A DNA stretch of 64,000 nucleotides, from contig OZ231126.1 of NCBI GenBank assembly GCA_965153355.1, positions 14,570,001-14,634,000 of the forward strand, written 5' to 3'. Source of the stretch: Flaccisagitta enflata (taxonomy: Eukaryota). Under the pieces are notes generated by a model. That model saw nothing but the letters and a program-made list of their open reading frames with translations, was not told the origin of the DNA and searched no databases. A program made the translations under genes and the position numbers. Positions 57,571 through 64,000 of this stretch are shown piece by piece; position 1 is the first letter of the stretch, and each line of letters begins with the position of its first letter.

Positions 57571-58494
57571 GGCAAGATCTGAGGCAAGAGCGAGAGTGAA
57601 CATCTGACGCAGGGTCACAATGTCATTGGGGACGGGTGGGCATGGGCGTCCAACCCCCATCCACACCCCCACTTCCACGCCCATCCCCTTCAGTCACAAA
57701 CATACACAAAAAATATCTAAAACGCTCGTTTTTTCCACTTATCGACTTGATCATTTTGAATGGACCAACGGATGGATGGACGGACTGATGGACCGACAGC
57801 TGGACAAAGCCTTTTATAGAGTTGCTTGTCCGTAACTAAATATAAAATCGGTCTTATATTTAGAGTAATATGAGAGATAATAAATTCACTTGTCCACTAG
57901 GTGCGGCGACGTAACACATTGACTGCAAAGACAAAGGATGATCATCTTGGGTCATGTTTTTTTGATTGACGTCAATATGGACAAAACAAACGAGCAAACG
58001 AAAGAAATGACATAGCAATCATCGGTGGAATGTCATGTTGTTTCAAACCCGAAATTAAGTTCAGGAGAAAAACGTCGGCAATGTTGCATGCGCCGGAAGT
58101 TATGAATGAAAGATTGAAAAAATGTTGACATAATAGAACATCAGTTCAAATATTCTTTTTAGAATTGTATGAATAAAGATAAGAAACACTCGAAATTGAA
58201 TGCTTGCCCTAATAACTACTTATTTTTGCTAGTCGTGAGATAGGTGAAAACAAATTGAATAATGAACTTGAACGATGAACATTTTGTATACCAACACGGG
58301 TAGGGTCAGGCGCATTTATAAAATAGGCATATAAAAAACCTGGGCAGAATTATCACAAAAACCGTCCATAAACGCCTCTTTTTAGAGCAAACATTTGCGA
58401 ATTGGTTATTTCTAGTCGCATGCGAGTTGATAGCCGTGTATCCGGCCTCGTTTTTTCACTTAGTGCATAGGTATGCGGACACGAGTCCAACCCA

Positions 58495-58525
<31 letters not shown>

Positions 58526-58675
58526 AACGCGCGCACACACACACGAGAACGCGCGCACACACACACGAGAATGCGCGCACACACAAACGCTAGCACACAC
58601 ACGAACGCGCGCACACACACGAACGCGCGCACACACACGAACGCGCGCACACACGAACGCGCGCACACACGAATG

Positions 58676-58718
<43 letters not shown>

Positions 58719-59118
58719 ACACACACACACAGCGATGTAATAGTTGATAACATCTGCTATACATATAAATATTGTACAATCTTGTGAATGCATGACTGAA
58801 ACGACTGGCCATTCCGTAACCAAATAACTTAAGTGTATCAATTTTTGAGCTAAACGTGTCTGATATAAAGAGAGACAGATAGCTTGACTAAAAACATGTC
58901 AGTTGACGTTGAGTGAACGAGTATGAATGCCAACATACCAAGTCAAATGTTGCAGAGCTCAAAATTTGTTAATGAATTACATTAGGCACACCGTCTTGGT
59001 TCTACTTTCCGGCCTTGTTTCGCAGATGTTTGAAATAATTTTGGTGCGGTTGGGCAGGGGCAGAAATGCGGGTGGGCAGGGGCCATTATACTCAAAATTC
59101 CGTCTGTCTCTCTCGGCG

Positions 59119-59174
<56 letters not shown>

Positions 59175-59374
59175 TTTTCTCTCTTTTTCTCTCTTTTCAC
59201 ACATGTATGAATGGCCGCACCTTAGAACGCACGCTCTATTTTTGCCCTTTGTTGATTATCGCAGTTAGGCAGTCACATTTTCGGGGGGAATTCCTCAACA
59301 GTGATAGTAACTTTCTACTCTTGGGTCTGAGCATTGCACTACAACCAGCTCGTTATCAATCTTTCCAACGAAGA

Positions 59375-59465
59375 AAACCATCTTACAAAAAGCGCGAAGA
59401 TGCATCTTTCGGTAATTATCGTCCAAACGCCGCGAATAGAGAAAAAATGTTCGTAAACATTCTAA
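59375..59465 (+). pseudogene. Possible decayed LINE reverse-transcriptase fragment
   Basis: PSYKKREDASFGNYRP resembles the non-LTR RT PIxKKG....NYRPI motif; a similar LLPK..NYRP lies on the minus strand near 57050-57125. Confidence 0.3.
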
Positions 59466-59971
59466 GGTCGGATTTTTATAGGAATCAGGTTAGGGTGACC
59501 AGGTGATGTTAAAGTGAATTGCTTAACGCAATTCACAATCAACTTAACAACGAGAAGGAAAAATTCATTTGACTTCATCATTTACAGTCGTGCCAACCCT
59601 ACCTTTCCCAAAGTAAAGTATAGAAGCTTCCTCCTCCTCTTCCTTCTCCCTGTACATTACAATGTTGATAAGGGGTGTGGTACGACTGTAAATGATAGAT
59701 GATATGATGCGACCCCATTTTCCTTTTACATGTGCTTATATAAAGTTATTGTGCACACTTAAGCCATACTGTATGTCCGAGTGGCATTTCCAATGTTGGT
59801 GGATACCGACACCCCCCCCCCCACTGGTCACCGGTAGAGCCGCGCGAGTTAATCGAAAAGTATAATCGGATGACAATTTTGTCTAACTAATCGATGACAG
59901 GTTTTGCATCTTTAAAACCGACAGCAATCGGTTACTTGCCTGCCTCTACAAACCCACTTGACAATCTGCCA

Positions 59972-60018
<47 letters not shown>

Positions 60019-60147
60019 CGATTTCAACAATACATTTTCGATTTTCATGGTCCATACGGTCAGGTGTCCAAAGTCACCTGATGGTAGTCACGTGGATCAT
60101 AAACTGACTATGGTAATCGCGTCTCTGTCAATGAATGAATAACCCTG

Positions 60148-60204
<57 letters not shown>

Positions 60205-60223
60205 TCTCTATTTCCCTTGTGTC

Positions 60224-60538
60224 ATGAAACAAGAAAACAATAATCCTGAATTTGAAGACAAAATCGCCGAATACAGGGAAAATAACTTAAAATCGAGCCC
60301 AATTTGGCTGTGGTTTTTAATAAGCAATGATCAAAAAAATAAAGTGCAATGTGGCATTTGCAATCATGCCATACAGTGCAAACTTGGATCCACAACTGCA
60401 ATAATAACGCATTTAAAGAAATGCCATGGTTCCCTGACCAAATACAATGTCACAAAGGTTTTTGATGAGCTGAATGAAGTTAAGGAAGAGCGTCCAAAAT
60501 CCAGCAAACAAACACGTTACATCAGAGGCAACAAGTGA
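60224..60538 (+). pseudogene. BED zinc finger ORF, probably a hAT transposase N-terminal relic
   Basis: SSPIWLWF..KVQCGICNHAI..GSTTAIITHLKKCH follows the BED pattern (SxxWxxF, CxxC, TSxxxxHLxxxH). It stops soon after, with no visible catalytic domain. Confidence 0.7.
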
Positions 60539-61609
60539 AAATTGTTCTGAAAAACCGGAAAAAAGTAACCAGAAACCGCGGTTTTTGCGCCAACCGGAAA
60601 CGGAAGTCGCATGGCGATTAGGACGCGCGTCGAAATCGCGCCAAAATCGTGGCGGAAATGCTCCACCGCAAGGGTCTAGTCACCGGCACGCGACTGTAGT
60701 AGCCGTGAATCCGGCCTTGTTTGTGATTTAAGGGGCCCAAAATTTTCCAAAATGACTTCATTTCTCTAGGCGAGGTATATACGTAGCTTGTAGTTACATG
60801 TGCCTGCCAAGATTCAGCCCAAACACCTGCATCCAGTATGACAAAAACCGGCCAAAAATGGCCATTTTAGGCCAGAAGTGGCACTTTATAGAGGGGGAAA
60901 ATCGCATACCCACCAATATTGGACCAAATAAAGTGTAGCTTCGGTGTTCCTAAGATCTAACACACATTTCTAAAGGGATGTTGATAGGTGCATCATGATG
61001 TATTTTATTTTGATTCCTTAAAGGTGGCCGTAGCAACTGGAATCACGAACACGGAATGTGTGTTTCCACACTTTTCGACTTGTAACTACTTAAAGTGTCG
61101 CGAGTGCGTGACCAAAAACGAACCCAACCAAAAATCAACAATTCTCTCTCCTAGGAAGCCCTTTCTTCATCCACAAAGACGCCACATCAGTAATTTACCT
61201 GTGATGGATCTTTACACATCTCCCAGAACTGCTTTTTGTCTACATTTTGGTAGTCTATTCTTCCGCATCCTCCACTCCAATGAGCGTGAGAAGCTGTACC
61301 AACAGAAAATAGGATAGCCAAGATAATTTTTAAATCAAAAAGATTATGAATGTAGAAATCACAACTCTATAACTGTTTGCCTATGACATTTGGCATAAAA
61401 TCCATTTAGAGAAAAAAAAAACAATCCTCGAAAAAAAACTAGCGTACCTGAGACCAAGATTGAGGCAACCACAAGAAACGAAAAGTTAATCATCTTTAAA
61501 AATGAAAAAAACTTGTCTGAAAAATTGAGCGAGTGCGACCAAAAACCAACGGCTTATTTTTCTTCAAAAACTCCAGAAATGGCATCAGTCTTGTGGGGAC
61601 CCTGATTTT

Positions 61610-61704
<95 letters not shown>

Positions 61705-62170
61705 ATATTGAGAGATTGAGAGAATGGATGAAGAAAGGTAAGCAAGGAGAGTGCAAAGAAATGGTAACACGATCCTCACACAAGTAGTGGTACAGCTACA
61801 CCCGGCTATATCGGGTCCACGAGTATCAGTAATCTGTCTAAAACGGATATGAAATTGTACCCTTCTAGTTCTTAATTTTTTCAACTGGCAAAAATACAAA
61901 GCAGGCAAAAACAGCTTCATCACACGGAATAGTAGCCAGTGGCAACATAAAGAAGCTATAAATTACAGCTTGTAGCTTGTAGCTTCGGTGTAAAGATCTA
62001 AAAAAGATCTTTGTCTGTAATTTTTGCATGCAAAATTGGATCATATGAAAGTTGGACAACATTACTACTGGATATTTTTCTTTGTGTTACTATAGTTCCA
62101 TATCTTATGCCCTAAGCATGTGTAAGCATTTGACAATCAAATACATACATGGTGCAATAATGAGAGAGAG

Positions 62171-62261
<91 letters not shown>

Positions 62262-62965
62262 CTTCTCCTTCTTTCTTGAATCTCAGCCATGATGCCATCA
62301 TTCCAATCTCAAAATCCATTTCCAAGACTCAAGATTAAACTCCTCGCCTGGAAGTCCAAATCCAAGCAATGAGGCCCAAATTCCATCATTCAGGCATGGT
62401 TTAATCACAGTCCTCAGGTACAAATTGTAAAACATATCTGTAAGTTCAGCTAACAGGTAGTGTCAAAACTTTCACCGATATGGCTGCCGCATCTACAGTT
62501 CTTTTTTCTGGTCAAAATTCACCTGGTAGACAATTATACATACATTAGCTTTTACCAATCCCTCTAGGCCTCTCTGCGACCCAAAATCAAGCGTAAAAGA
62601 TTTTATCCTAGTCTTGGATCTCAAGTCCAAGCCTTTGAACTCAAATCCTGATATAAAAGGATTGTAAATTGACCATTTCCTCCCTCCTCCTTCCCCCTCC
62701 TCCCCATTGATCCCCTTTCCTCTGTTTTCTTCTTTTTCTTCCCATTGGAGGGAATTTTTTTCCTGAAAAATTCCCTCCAGTGAGAAATATATTTTTCTCA
62801 CTAGCGGGATGAATTTTCTATTCCACTTGTGGGAATTTGATTTCATCCCACTGGTGGAAAAAAAAACTTTTCCCATTGGTGGGAATTTCTCAAGCAAAGG
62901 ATAACATGTTGCAGATATCAAATCGAGTATCAGTCCCCTGACATCGGTTATTGCGGGGTTCACAG

Positions 62966-63105
<140 letters not shown>

Positions 63106-63490
63106 CGAAGTGTCCGCTACTAAAAAGTTTAAAAAGCTTGAATACCAACACTCGGATTGATCTCCATCAGTGTTACCTGTAGCATCGGGTCCATCACGAG
63201 ATGATCATGAGATGTTTATTGACTGTTTAAGATCCACATGATCCACATGATCCTCGTGATCATGGGACTCTATTTAGCGGGCACACCGGTTCTGAATCTG
63301 ATTCGTTGTCATGGGATCCAAATTTAGAACACGGGACCTCTTATCGAGTTCCTCTTAAAAGTCTGATGCCTATTCGTTGTTTAAGATCCGCGTGCCCACT
63401 TCCTTTGTGGCATCATCATCCTCATGGTCATGGGACTTTACTATCTCGAAAAAAAAGTTTGGTGACGCCATGGGAATAATTGTTTTTTAT

Positions 63491-63728
63491 CAGGGGTGTA
63501 TGTAGTTGAGCGACCTTTGATCTCTTTCCCCCCTGGTCTTTGATTTCCTTCCCCGCCAAGTCTAGAATTGTTTGATTTTCTACCCCATAGAGTATAAATT
63601 TAGTATAATTATGGTAAGAATATTGTAAATTAGTGTTGTAGTAATCAAATACTATCTTTTGGTTTTACAAAAAGTGTAAAATCTTTGATTTTCTTCCCCA
63701 TCTGCAAACCCAACTTTATACACGCCTG
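63491..63728. mobile_element. hAT-like MITE (238 bp)
   Basis: 8-bp TSD ttttttat; TIR caggggtgtat / atacacgcctg. Confidence 0.75.
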
Positions 63729-64000
63729 TTTTTTATTGATAAAAAATTAACAAAAAGATTATGAAAACCCTAGCTACTGATTATATAAGGCCGTATACAC
63801 TCCCCCGTTGCCAATGGGTGGACAGAGGCAGTGTGGCAAAAAATGCTCACATTGAGAAAAAGTAACTGATGGACCGATGGATAAACTGCCAGACTGACTG
63901 ACATGGCAAGTTCTAGAGTTGCATATTCGCGACTAACAATATTCATTTTACAATTTCACTGATGATTTTAGTCGTGCTTTATAGAAGTGATATTTTGAGC

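Noticed and set aside
57890-57925. Possible micro-exon for the WAP-like gene
   Set aside because: Splice-like signals only; no signal peptide or convincing homology.

Overview
Repeat-saturated metazoan (invertebrate-like) genomic DNA; the organism cannot be assigned from sequence alone. Two spliced genes are supported, both on the minus strand. (1) The 5' part of a divergent voltage-gated sodium channel alpha subunit: four coding exons from 4760 down to ~291, continuing off the left edge, with a very long acidic N-terminus and elongated domain I S1-S2 and S3-S4 loops. (2) The last two exons (52638-52444, 51777-51067) of a cysteine-rich multi-WAP-like protein with a Gly/Arg-rich loop and furin-type site inside one module. 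Most of the rest is microsatellites, minisatellites, dozens of DINE-1/HINE-like (Helentron-associated) elements, and non-autonomous DNA transposons with readable TIRs and TSDs: hAT-like (8 bp), Transib-like (5 bp, RSS-like heptamer ends), Chapaev-like (4 bp) and TA-TSD MITEs. There is also an orphan BED zinc finger, a possible tRNA-derived SINE and a speculative Pol III-type hairpin RNA. Nearly all long ORFs in the supplied track are microsatellite artefacts.
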